From NCBI GenBank assembly GCA_963795085.1, contig CAWCFX010000002.1, positions 288,001-352,000 on the forward strand: a stretch of DNA of 64,000 nt, written 5' to 3'. Shown piece after piece: positions 9,527-18,307 of the stretch (positions are counted from its first letter, which is position 1; every line of letters begins with the position of its first letter). Origin of the DNA: an uncultured Gemmatimonadales bacterium (lineage in GTDB: Bacteria; Gemmatimonadota; Gemmatimonadetes; Gemmatimonadales; GWC2-71-9). The translations under genes and the position numbers were made by a program. Under the pieces are notes generated by a model that was given only the letters and a program-made list of their open reading frames with translations, was not told the origin of the DNA and did no database searches.

Positions 9527-10277
9527 TCCGCTTGGCGTGGTTCCACATCTCATCCAGTTTCTCAAGTCCCAGCCCGTCCACCTCGAGTCCTTTCTCGGCG
9601 GCGAGCCGCTCTACCTCCGTAAACCGGCGCCGGAAGCGGGCGTTGGCGCGGTCCAGGGCCAGGCCCGGGTCCACCCGGGCTTTGCGCGCCAGGTTGACCA
9701 CGGCGAAGAGGAGGTCGCCGATCTCCTCGGTCACCCGGTCGGGCACCGGTCCGTCGCCCGCGGCGGCGGGGAGTTCCGCTTCGACTTCCGCCAGCTCCTC
9801 GCGAACCTTCGCGGCGGGGCCGGCGGTGTCGGGCCAGTCGAACCCGACGGACGCGGCTCGCTGCTGGAGGCGGTAGGCCAGCGCCAGGCTGGGGAGGGTG
9901 GCCGGCAGGCCGTCCAGCGTCCCGCCGTTTCGTTCCCGGCGCTTGAGCTGCTCCCACGGTTCCGGCGGACCGGCATCGAAGAGCTGCGGGTGGCGGCGGC
10001 GCATCTTCCGCTCCAGGTCGGCGGCGGCATCGTCCGGCGTGAACTCGCCCCGCTCGCCGGCGATGACGAACTGCCACGCGAGGTGGAGCAGCAAATCGCC
10101 CACCTCGTCGCGGATCTGGGCCGGGTCCTCCTCGCGGAGCGCGGCGTCGAGTTCGAGGACTTCCTCGACCAGGTAGGGTCGCAACGTCTCCCGGGTCTGG
10201 ACCCGGTCCCAGGGGCACCGGTTCCGAAGGTCCCGAACCATCGCGATGGCGCGTCCAAGCGCTGAATTGTCTTGCAT
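9516..10277 (-). CDS. mazG: Nucleoside triphosphate pyrophosphohydrolase MazG
   Basis: CPWDRVQT...YLVEE, EVGDLL, RRHP, GFDW and EEIGDLLFAVVN; two MazG domains. Confidence 0.92.
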   Translation of the reverse strand: MQDNSALGRAIAMVRDLRNRCPWDRVQTRETLRPYLVEEVLELDAALREEDPAQIRDEVGDLLLHLAWQFVIAGERGEFTPDDAAADLERKMRRRHPQLFDAGPPEPWEQLKRRERNGGTLDGLPATLPSLALAYRLQQRAASVGFDWPDTAGPAAKVREELAEVEAELPAAAGDGPVPDRVTEEIGDLLFAVVNLARKARVDPGLALDRANARFRRRFTEVERLAAEKGLEVDGLGLEKLDEMWNHAKRSER

Positions 10278-10301
10278 TTATCCTCCGTGACGGGTTATGA
10301 T
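10272..10301 (+). promoter_or_regulatory. Putative sigma70 promoter for alr, overlapping the mazG start codon
   Basis: TTGCAT (10272-10277), 18 bp, TATGAT (10296-10301). Confidence 0.45.
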
Positions 10302-10312
10302 ACCCGCCGCCT

Positions 10313-11404
10313 GTGACCACGTCAAACACGCCGTCCACCGCCCGGATCTGGGCCGATATCGATCTCAGCGCGGTCCTCTCGAATGCCCGCACCGTGGAGC
10401 ACGCGGTCTCCGGCGGGCCGGGCACCCGCCTGCTCCCCATGGTCAAGGCGGGCGGCTACGGTGTCGGCGCCGTCCCGGTGGCGCGGATACTCGAGCGGCT
10501 GGACCCGTGGGGGTTCGGGGTGGCCACCCTCGCCGAGGGGGTCGAGTTACGCATGGCGGGCATCAACCGGCCGGTCGTGGTCTTTACCCCCCTGCAACAG
10601 GGAACAACGCCGCTCTATGCGGAGCACAACCTCCGGCCGGCCATCGGGGACCCCGCGGCCCTGGCGGAGTGGGTGCAGGCGGGAACGCTGCCGTTCCACG
10701 TCGAAATAGACACCGGCATGGGCCGCTCCGGTTTCCGGTGGGATGGGGCGGAAGATATCGCCCGCCTGGCCGCGCTGCTGGGGCCCGCGAGCGGGTGGGA
10801 AGGTCTCTTCACCCATTTCCATTCGGTGGATGAGTCGCCCGGGAGCGTCACCCAGCAATGGCAGCGCTTCATGCAGGTGCTGCCGGCCCTTCCGCGCCGG
10901 CCGGCCCTGGTCCATGCCGCCAACAGCGGCGCCGCTCTCCGGCATCCCGAGGTGGCCGGCGACCTGGTGCGGCCCGGGATTTTTCTCTACGGCGGCGAGG
11001 CCGGAGGGCGCTATCCTTCACCCGTTGTGATGCTTCAGGCCCGGGTGATCGCGGTGCGCCGGCTGACCGCCGGAGACACGGTGAGCTATGGAGCCGCATG
11101 GACGGCCGGCGAGCCCACGACGGTGGCCACCCTGGGCGCCGGCTACGCCGATGGCATTCACAGGGCCCTGGGCAACCGGGGCCGGGTGGAGTTGAGCGGT
11201 ATGGTGGTGCCGATCGCGGGGAGGGTCACCATGGACATGACCATGGTGGCCCTGCCTGCGGGCACCCCGGTGGCGCCCGGCGATGTTGCCACGATCATCG
11301 GCGGCCGGGTGCCGCTCGATCTGCAGGCGGCGGCCGCCGACACGATCGCCTACGAGTTGCTGACCAGCATGAGCGCCCGGGTGGAGCGCCGCTACCGCGA
11401 GTAA
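10313..11404 (+). CDS. alr: Alanine racemase
   Basis: PLP lysine in MVKAGGYG; DTGMGR; VRPGI; SYG; GYADG; GRVTMD. Confidence 0.93.
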   Translation: MTTSNTPSTARIWADIDLSAVLSNARTVEHAVSGGPGTRLLPMVKAGGYGVGAVPVARILERLDPWGFGVATLAEGVELRMAGINRPVVVFTPLQQGTTPLYAEHNLRPAIGDPAALAEWVQAGTLPFHVEIDTGMGRSGFRWDGAEDIARLAALLGPASGWEGLFTHFHSVDESPGSVTQQWQRFMQVLPALPRRPALVHAANSGAALRHPEVAGDLVRPGIFLYGGEAGGRYPSPVVMLQARVIAVRRLTAGDTVSYGAAWTAGEPTTVATLGAGYADGIHRALGNRGRVELSGMVVPIAGRVTMDMTMVALPAGTPVAPGDVATIIGGRVPLDLQAAAADTIAYELLTSMSARVERRYRE

Positions 11405-11417
11405 GGGAATCAACCCG

Positions 11418-11675
11418 ATGAACCCTCATTTTGCCACGCTTGTCGTCGGACTGGCCTCGCAGGCGGAGGCCGCCCTCAGCGGCAACCTCCCGCCGGAGAT
11501 GGTCGCCCAGGCCGGCGGTAGCCCCCGCCAGGTGGCCCAGATGCTGATTGACACCCTGGGGATGCTGGAGACCAAGATGGACGGCCGTCTCGACGACGAC
11601 GAGAAGAAGCTGCTGGGCGAGGCGCTGACGGGGCTCCGTTTCCGGTTCGTGCAATCCGGAAAGGGCGGATCGTGA
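11418..11675 (+). CDS. DUF1844 domain-containing protein
   Basis: IDTLGMLETKMDGRLDDDEKKLL...LRFRFV pattern. Confidence 0.7.
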   Translation: MNPHFATLVVGLASQAEAALSGNLPPEMVAQAGGSPRQVAQMLIDTLGMLETKMDGRLDDDEKKLLGEALTGLRFRFVQSGKGGS

Positions 11676-12838
11676 GACGGGCGGCGCTCCTCGTCCTCGA
11701 CGGCGTCGGTATCGGCCCAGCGCACGATACCGCCCGTTACGGCGATGACGGGAGTAATACGCTGGACAACCTGGCCCGGGCGGTGGGCGGGCTCGCCCTG
11801 CCCAACCTGGAGAAGCTGGGCCTCGGCTGCTGCGCCCCGATCGAGGGGATCCGCGCGGTGGAATCTCCGGCCGCCGCCTTTGGGGTCTGCGAGCCGGCCA
11901 GCCACGGCAAGGACAGCACGACGGGGCACTGGGAGATGTGCGGGCACCTGCTGCCCGAGCCGTTTCCCACCTACCCGGACGGATTTCCCGCCGACCTGCT
12001 CGCCCGGTTCGCCGCGGCGACCGGGCGGGGCGTGCTCGGCAACAAGCCGGCCAGCGGTACCGCCATCCTGGATGAGTTCGGCCCCCGGCACCTGATGTCC
12101 GGCGACTGGATCGTGTATACCTCGGCCGACAGCGTCTTCCAGGTCGCCGCGCATGAGCGGGTGGTGCCCCTCAGCGAGCTCTACGAAGCCTGCGTCAAGG
12201 CCCGCGCCCTGCTGGTGCCGCCGCACGGCGTCTCCCGGGTCATCGCCCGGCCCTTCGTGGGCACCGAGGGCGCCTGGATCCGGACCCAGAACCGGCGCGA
12301 CCTGAGCCTGGCGCCTCCGGGTCCCACGCTTCTGGACCTGCTCCGCGACAAGCACATTCCCCGGCTCGGCGTGGGCAAGGTGGACGACCTTTTCGCCGGC
12401 CGGAACATCCTGAGCGTACACACGGCGACCAACCAGGAGGCGTACCGCATGATCCGGGACGCGCTCCGGACCCTGGAGCGGGGGCTGTTGTTCGCCAATA
12501 TCATCGAGTTCGACCAGACCTGGGGCCATCGGAACGATGTCCCCGGATTCCACCGCGGGCTCCAGGAACTCGACCGGGCGCTGCCCGATGTGCTGGGAGC
12601 CGTCCGGGAGGACGATCTGGTTATTATTACCGCCGATCACGGGAACGATCCGACCACGCCGTCCACCGACCATTCGCGGGAGATCGTCCCGCTCCTGGTG
12701 TATGGGCCCCGGGTCCGCCCGGTGGCGCTGGGTCGCCGGTCCACGTTCGCCGACATGGGGCAGACCGTGGCGGAATTCCTGGGGACCGCGCCGCTGGCGG
12801 CCGGCACCTCGTTTCTGAAGGAGGTTTGGACCGAATGA
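11672..12838 (+). CDS. deoB: Phosphopentomutase
   Basis: LDGVGIG, GKDSTTGHWE, YTSADSVFQVAAHE, RVIARPF and TADHGNDPT. Confidence 0.95.
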   Translation: MRRAALLVLDGVGIGPAHDTARYGDDGSNTLDNLARAVGGLALPNLEKLGLGCCAPIEGIRAVESPAAAFGVCEPASHGKDSTTGHWEMCGHLLPEPFPTYPDGFPADLLARFAAATGRGVLGNKPASGTAILDEFGPRHLMSGDWIVYTSADSVFQVAAHERVVPLSELYEACVKARALLVPPHGVSRVIARPFVGTEGAWIRTQNRRDLSLAPPGPTLLDLLRDKHIPRLGVGKVDDLFAGRNILSVHTATNQEAYRMIRDALRTLERGLLFANIIEFDQTWGHRNDVPGFHRGLQELDRALPDVLGAVREDDLVIITADHGNDPTTPSTDHSREIVPLLVYGPRVRPVALGRRSTFADMGQTVAEFLGTAPLAAGTSFLKEVWTE

Positions 12839-13245
12839 GCCGGGACAACCTGGTGGAAGCCGCCCGCGCCGTGCAGCAGCACGCCTATGCGCCCTATTCG
12901 CGCTACCGGGTGGGCGCCGCGCTTGAAACCGAAGACGGATCCGCGTTCGTCGGGTGCAACGTCGAAAATGCCTCCTTCGGCCTGACCAACTGCGCCGAGC
13001 GGGTGGCGGTGGGCGCCGCGGTGGCGGCGGGCAAACGGGAATTCCGGCGGCTGGTCGTGGTCTCCGATTCCGATCCGCCGGCACCGCCCTGCGGGGCCTG
13101 CCGCCAGGTGCTGATGGAGTTCGGTCCCGACCTGCTGGTCGAATCGGTCGGGCCGGACCGCACCATGCGCTGGGTGCTGCGCGACCTGCTCCCGGCGTCC
13201 TTTGATGCCCAGCTGTTGCCGACTTCTGACAAGGTTTCTGGATGA
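12835..13245 (+). CDS. cdd: Cytidine deaminase
   Basis: YAPYS, GCNVENAS, CAER and PCGACRQ. Confidence 0.95.
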   Translation: MSRDNLVEAARAVQQHAYAPYSRYRVGAALETEDGSAFVGCNVENASFGLTNCAERVAVGAAVAAGKREFRRLVVVSDSDPPAPPCGACRQVLMEFGPDLLVESVGPDRTMRWVLRDLLPASFDAQLLPTSDKVSG

Positions 13246-14459
13246 CATTGCCATATCGGTCCCCGGGTCGAACCGTGCTGCTCGGGGCCTTGCTGGTGCT
13301 CGCCGGTGCCGCCTGCCGCGACGAACTGACCACGCCGGTGGATTGCCCCGCGCTCTGTCCCGGCGGCCAGCCGCTGGTGCAGGACACCATTCTCACCGCG
13401 ATCCCCGGCCAGGACAGCTCCTACACCGGGTACGTGGCGGCCGGCCTCGGCCCCTCGCTCCGGATCAGCAACGGCCTCCCCGCCTCGGAGGACCGGGCGG
13501 TGGTGCTGTTCCTGCCCCGGCCCGATTCCCTGACGGTGGACGGGTCGGCCCGGGCCATCACCGGGCTCGATTCCGCCGCCATCGCCGTCACCCTCCAGGC
13601 CCGGGACACCACCGTTACCGGCCTTACGCTGTACCTCTACCGGCTGGGCACCGATCTCGACACCACGACTACCTTCGCCGACGTGGAACCCCAGATGGTG
13701 CCCGCCAACCTGGTGGACAGCATCGTGGTGCCCGATTCGATCAAGAGCGGCGTGCTGCGAGTCGTGATCACCGGCGCCGACACCGCGAAGATCACCACCG
13801 ACACCGCGGGTCGGTTCGCCATGGGGGTCAAGATCGCCGCGGACGCGCCCACCGGGGTCCGGATCGCCAGTATCGCCGCCGCCGGTTCCCCCAACGTGAC
13901 CCACTACGTCCGGGTGGACATCGCGGATACCCTCAAGCAGAAGCAGACGTTCGTCCGGTTTCCCCAGTTCACCACGTTCGTCTCCCAGAACCCGCCACCC
14001 CAGGATCCCGACCTGCTCCCGGTGGGCGGGGCGCCGTCATCCCGCTCGCTGCTCCGGTTCAGCCTGCCGGTGGCGCTGCGCGACTCGGTTACCATTCTCC
14101 GGGCCACCCTGGAGCTGACTCCTAACGCACCCATCCTGGGGCTGCCCAACGACCCGGCCCTGCTCCAGGCGTTCGGCGTGGTCGGCGACCTCGGCGCCAA
14201 GAGCCCGATTATCAGCACCGGGAGCACCATCGGCTTCGTCGAGCTGGCCAGCGGCACCACCGACACGGTGGCCATTGATATCACCCGGCTGGTGCGGTTC
14301 TGGCAGACCGACACCGGGCTGCCGCAGCTGATCTTCCTCGCGCTGGCGCCGGAAGCCGCCAGCTTCACCCAGCCCGTCTTCCGGTCCACCCGCTCCGGCA
14401 GCGGAGCGCCGCGCATCCGGCTGACCTACTACCGGAAATTCCCGTTCGAGGTGCCCTGA
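13242..14459 (+). CDS. Hypothetical lipoprotein
   Basis: Lipobox GAAC; beta-rich sequence; start overlaps the cdd stop. Confidence 0.7.
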   Translation: MTLPYRSPGRTVLLGALLVLAGAACRDELTTPVDCPALCPGGQPLVQDTILTAIPGQDSSYTGYVAAGLGPSLRISNGLPASEDRAVVLFLPRPDSLTVDGSARAITGLDSAAIAVTLQARDTTVTGLTLYLYRLGTDLDTTTTFADVEPQMVPANLVDSIVVPDSIKSGVLRVVITGADTAKITTDTAGRFAMGVKIAADAPTGVRIASIAAAGSPNVTHYVRVDIADTLKQKQTFVRFPQFTTFVSQNPPPQDPDLLPVGGAPSSRSLLRFSLPVALRDSVTILRATLELTPNAPILGLPNDPALLQAFGVVGDLGAKSPIISTGSTIGFVELASGTTDTVAIDITRLVRFWQTDTGLPQLIFLALAPEAASFTQPVFRSTRSGSGAPRIRLTYYRKFPFEVP

Positions 14460-15614
14460 GTGCGCGTATTCTTCGCAGGCCTGCTGATCCTCGCGTCGGC
14501 GCCGACGCTGGCGGCCCAATCCTCGATCTTCGGCGCCCGCGGCCTGGGTCTCCCCGGCCGGGGCTACTCGGCGCAGGGCTGGGGCCTGAGCGGGGGCAAC
14601 AGCCTCTTTGACCCCGAGTCGAGCCGCAACCCGGCCAGCATCGCGCGGCTGCTCACCATCACCGCGGGGTTCCAGGTGGTGCCGGAGTGGCGCAGCGTGA
14701 CCACCCCGGCCGGCGACGAGTCGGCGCGGCAGACCCAGTTCCCCCTGTTTACGGTGGCGGGACCGGTGCGGTCCACCCTCCTGGGGGTGGGACTCAGCAT
14801 GACCAACTACGCCTCGCGCGACTTCAACCTGGTCTCCACTCACACGGAGACCATCCGGGGCGCGCCGGTGGACGTGACCGATACCCTGCAGTCACGGGGC
14901 GGGCTCAACGACATCCGCCTGGCGGTGAGCTACCTGGCGGGGCCCAAGCTCGACCTGGGCATCGGCGTGCATGTGCTCACCGGGGTCAACCGGATGGAAC
15001 AAACCCGGGCCTTTTCCGACACGGCGTTTCTCCCGTCCAGCCAGAGCGCCGAACTGAGCTATGCGGGGTTCGGGCTGTCGCTGGGCGCGGTGTACCGCCC
15101 CAGCGCCCGCCTCAGCCTGGCCGCCATGGTGCGGTCGGACAACAAGGCCTCGGTGGACCTCGACTCCACCAACATCGATGCGGTGGACCTGCCGTACACT
15201 CTCGGGGCAGGGGTGCAGCTGCAGGCCTCGTCCCGGCTTCTGGCGGCGGGACAGGTCACCTACCGGACCTGGTCCGGCGCCAACAGCGACCTGATCGAGC
15301 AGGGCGGCGTGGGTGCCCGGAACACCGTCGAGCTCAACGCCGGCCTCGAGTACACCCGCGACCCCCGGACCCCGTGGCGCCGCCCCCTCCGCCTTGGCGT
15401 GCGCTACGCCCAGCTGCCCTTCCTGTTGACTCCGGGCGGTGACCGGCCGACCGAACTGGGCGTCACCATCGGGACGGGCACCCGCTTCGCCGGCCAGCGC
15501 GGCGGCGTCAACATCGCGCTCGAAAGGACCTGGCGCCGCCTCGGCAGCGACTACCGCGAGTCGGGCTGGATCTTCGTGCTCGGCGTCTCGGTGCGGCCGG
15601 CCCTATCGCAATAA
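14460..15614 (+). CDS. Outer-membrane beta-barrel protein (FadL/OmpP1-like)
   Basis: Signal peptide; N-terminal GLG...GG...NPAS hatch-like motif; alternating beta strands. Confidence 0.6.
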   Translation: MRVFFAGLLILASAPTLAAQSSIFGARGLGLPGRGYSAQGWGLSGGNSLFDPESSRNPASIARLLTITAGFQVVPEWRSVTTPAGDESARQTQFPLFTVAGPVRSTLLGVGLSMTNYASRDFNLVSTHTETIRGAPVDVTDTLQSRGGLNDIRLAVSYLAGPKLDLGIGVHVLTGVNRMEQTRAFSDTAFLPSSQSAELSYAGFGLSLGAVYRPSARLSLAAMVRSDNKASVDLDSTNIDAVDLPYTLGAGVQLQASSRLLAAGQVTYRTWSGANSDLIEQGGVGARNTVELNAGLEYTRDPRTPWRRPLRLGVRYAQLPFLLTPGGDRPTELGVTIGTGTRFAGQRGGVNIALERTWRRLGSDYRESGWIFVLGVSVRPALSQ

Positions 15615-15616
15615 CC

Positions 15617-15872
15617 AAAGGGCGGTAAACAAAAAGGGCGGTAAAGAAAGGGGCGGTGAACTCGGCAGGAGAACAAGGCGGTAGGACTGGGCGGTACGGG
15701 TAGTCAGCCGGCACACCGTGGGTGCGATCCACACCTCGAAATGCGTCCGCTTCAGCGTAAGCCGTTGGCCTCCCTGTCTTGCCGCCCTTTTTTCTACCGC
15801 CTTGTTTCTACCGCCCTTTATCATACCGCCGAGTTCTACCGCCCTGTTATTTACCGCCTTTTTCTACCGCCC
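15617..15872. repeat. Inverted array of about 14-bp repeats: GGCGGTA arm, spacer, TACCGCC arm
   Basis: GGCGGT-like cores at 15621, 15637, 15652, 15664, 15677 and 15690. ACCGCC-like cores at 15781, 15796, 15810, 15825, 15838, 15853 and 15866. Confidence 0.85.
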
Positions 15873-15886
15873 ACCAACGAGGCATC

Positions 15887-16414
15887 ATGCAGCGATCAAC
15901 AGTAGCCGGGGCGGGACTGCTCCTTCTCTTGCTCCCGTCCTGTTCGACATCCGGATCAAGCGACTCCCCCCGCGCCGAGGCGGCATCCGCGGTCGAGGCG
16001 AACCGGGCGGTCGCCCACCGTTTCTTCACCGAGGTCTGGGGTGGCGGGTCGGAAGCCGTGGCCGAAGAGCTCCTTGCGACCACGTATGTGGGGCACATGA
16101 CCGGCAATCCTCAGCCGCTGGACCGGGCGGGGTGGTTCGCCTTCTATCGTGCCTTTCGGCAGGCCTTTCCGGATGCCCGGTTCACCGTGGAGGATGTGAT
16201 CGCCGAGGGCGATCGGGTCGTCCTCCGTCTGACGATGCGCGGCACCCACCAGGGCACGTTCAACGGCATCCCCGCGACCGGGCGATCCGTCACCGTCGGC
16301 GGTGTGAGTATTGAACGAATTGTCGATGGGAAGATCGTGGAAGGATGGGTCACGAACGATGCCCTCGGCATGCTGCAGCAGCTGGGGTTGCTTCCACCAC
16401 CACCCGGTCCCTGA
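15887..16414 (+). CDS. SnoaL-like ester cyclase family protein with lipoprotein signal
   Basis: LPSC lipobox; AFPD...EDVIAEGDRV...GTHQG.FNGIPATGR...DGKIVE motif. Confidence 0.85.
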   Translation: MQRSTVAGAGLLLLLLPSCSTSGSSDSPRAEAASAVEANRAVAHRFFTEVWGGGSEAVAEELLATTYVGHMTGNPQPLDRAGWFAFYRAFRQAFPDARFTVEDVIAEGDRVVLRLTMRGTHQGTFNGIPATGRSVTVGGVSIERIVDGKIVEGWVTNDALGMLQQLGLLPPPPGP

Positions 16415-16437
16415 ATGGCGGGAACGGTGCGGGAGAA

Positions 16438-16673
16438 CGGACGGTGAACAAGAGGGCGGTAAGTAAAAAGGGCGGTAGAACAACGGCCGGTAATTGAGAG
16501 GGTGGTAAACAAGAGAGCGGTAAACAAGAGAGGCCGGGTTCCCTACCGGCGGCGGAGGTACCAGGAAGGCGGTCCTCGCCCGAACTCCCGCTCGTTGTTC
16601 TACCCCCTTTTTTCTACCGCCGTTACCCTTTTTCTCCTTGCCCCCTGGCCCCCTTACCCTCTTGCCCCCTTTT
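16438..16673. repeat. Second inverted array of about 15-bp GGCGGTA-type repeats
   Basis: Six purine-rich units at about 16440, 16455, 16471, 16486, 16501 and 16516. Inverted arm CGTTGTTCTACCCCCTTTTTTCTACCGCC at about 16593-16621, then CTTGCCCC-like octamers. Confidence 0.8.
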
Positions 16674-16690
16674 GAAGCTATCTTCCTCCC

Positions 16691-18001
16691 ATGAAGCGCG
16701 TTTACATCGAGACTTACGGCTGCCAGATGAACGTGGCCGATACCGAGACCATCTTCGGGGTGCTGGGGCGGGAGGGGTTCGACCGCACCGAGGACCCCGC
16801 CGTGGCGGATGTGCTGCTGGTCAACACCTGCGCGGTGCGCGACAACGCCGAGCAGCGGGTGGTGGGGCGGGTGGGTGAGCTGCAGCGCTACACCAGCCCC
16901 GGCCGGATCCTGGGCGTGGTAGGGTGCATGGCGCAACGGCTGGGGCCGGCCCTGCTGGAGCAGGTGCCCCGCGTGGATCTCGTGGTGGGCCCCGACGCCT
17001 ACCGCAACCTGCCCGCACTGCTCGCGCTGGCCCAGGGCGGCCAGCGGCTCTCCGATACCGAGTTCCGCGGCTGGGAGCACTACGAAGACGTGCCCCCGGT
17101 GCGGGAGCCGGGCGCCACCGCTTTCGTGACGGTCCAGCGGGGCTGCGATTATAAGTGCACCTTCTGCATTGTTCCGTACACGCGGGGCGTCGAGCGCAGC
17201 CGTAAGTTGGCGGACGTGGTCCGGGAGGTCCGGACCCTGGTGGAGCAGGGGGTGAGCGAGGTGACCCTGCTGGGCCAGACCGTCAACAGCTATCACGATG
17301 GCAGCGCCAATTTTGCCGACCTGCTGCGCGCGGTGGGGGGGGTGGACGGTATTCGCCGCATCCGCTTCACCAGCCCTTATCCCACGGATTTTACGCCCCC
17401 GGTCATCGAGGCCATGGCGACGACGCCGGCCGTGTGCGAGCACGTCCATCTCCCGGTGCAGAGCGGCTCCAACGCGGTCCTCCGCCGGATGCTGCGCCGC
17501 TATACCCGGGAGCGCTACCTCGAGGTCATGGCCGAGCTGCGGTCGGCCATGCCAGGTATCACCTTCTCGACCGACATCATCGTCGGGTTTCCCGGCGAAA
17601 CCGGCGAGCAGTTCGCCGAAACGCTCAGCCTGGTGGCGGAGGCCGACTTCGACGACGCCTATACGTTCAAGTACTCCCCGCGGGACGGCACGCCGGCCGT
17701 CAAGCTCCGGGACCACGTCGAGGACCCGGCGGCCAGCGAACGGCTGGACCGGCTCATCGCCGAAGTGCGGCGCAACACCCGCCGGAAGAACCACGCGCGG
17801 GTGGGCAGCAGCCACGAGGTGCTGGTCGAGCGGCCGGCCCGCCGGGGCAACCTGCTGCTGGCCCGTACCCGGACCAACCTGCTGGCGCTGGTGGACCTTC
17901 CTCCTGCGGCCATCGGCGAGTACCATCCGGTCACCCTCACCGGTACCACCGGCTCCACCTTCACGGCGGCGGTGGCCCGGCCCCAACTGGCGGTCCTATG
18001 A
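16691..18001 (+). CDS. miaB: tRNA-i6A37 methylthiotransferase
   Basis: TYGCQMN, NTCAVR, GCMAQ; radical-SAM motif CDYKCTFC; VPYTRG; TRAM domain. Confidence 0.95.
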   Translation: MKRVYIETYGCQMNVADTETIFGVLGREGFDRTEDPAVADVLLVNTCAVRDNAEQRVVGRVGELQRYTSPGRILGVVGCMAQRLGPALLEQVPRVDLVVGPDAYRNLPALLALAQGGQRLSDTEFRGWEHYEDVPPVREPGATAFVTVQRGCDYKCTFCIVPYTRGVERSRKLADVVREVRTLVEQGVSEVTLLGQTVNSYHDGSANFADLLRAVGGVDGIRRIRFTSPYPTDFTPPVIEAMATTPAVCEHVHLPVQSGSNAVLRRMLRRYTRERYLEVMAELRSAMPGITFSTDIIVGFPGETGEQFAETLSLVAEADFDDAYTFKYSPRDGTPAVKLRDHVEDPAASERLDRLIAEVRRNTRRKNHARVGSSHEVLVERPARRGNLLLARTRTNLLALVDLPPAAIGEYHPVTLTGTTGSTFTAAVARPQLAVL

Positions 18002-18279
18002 TCAACAACCTGGTCGAAGCCCGGGTGCTCTCGGCGTACGACACCCTCAAGCCGGAGTTCCCCGATTTCTGCGGGTGCGACGTGTGCCGGGGCGACGTGC
18101 TGGTCTTCGCCCTGAACCGGCTGCAGGCCCGCTACGTCGCTACTGCCGAAGGAAAGATCATGACCGAGCTGGCGCTGGACAGCGAGCAGTCCCGGGTCAA
18201 TGTGGATGTGATGATCATGGAGGGATTCCGGAAGGTCAGCATGGCCCCTCGCTGCGGCAAGGCGTCCCGGAAACCGTAG
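17998..18279 (+). CDS. ComFB family protein
   Basis: CGCDVCRGDVLVFALNRLQARYV...PRC; ATGA overlap with miaB. Confidence 0.8.
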   Translation: MINNLVEARVLSAYDTLKPEFPDFCGCDVCRGDVLVFALNRLQARYVATAEGKIMTELALDSEQSRVNVDVMIMEGFRKVSMAPRCGKASRKP

Positions 18280-18307
18280 CCGCCCGCCCCGGCGGGGGCG
18301 GGGGTGG

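Noticed and set aside
15617..16673. CRISPR interpretation of the GGCGGTA arrays
   Set aside because: Units are about 14-15 bp, degenerate and in inverted arms, with no 30-40 bp unique spacers and no cas genes.
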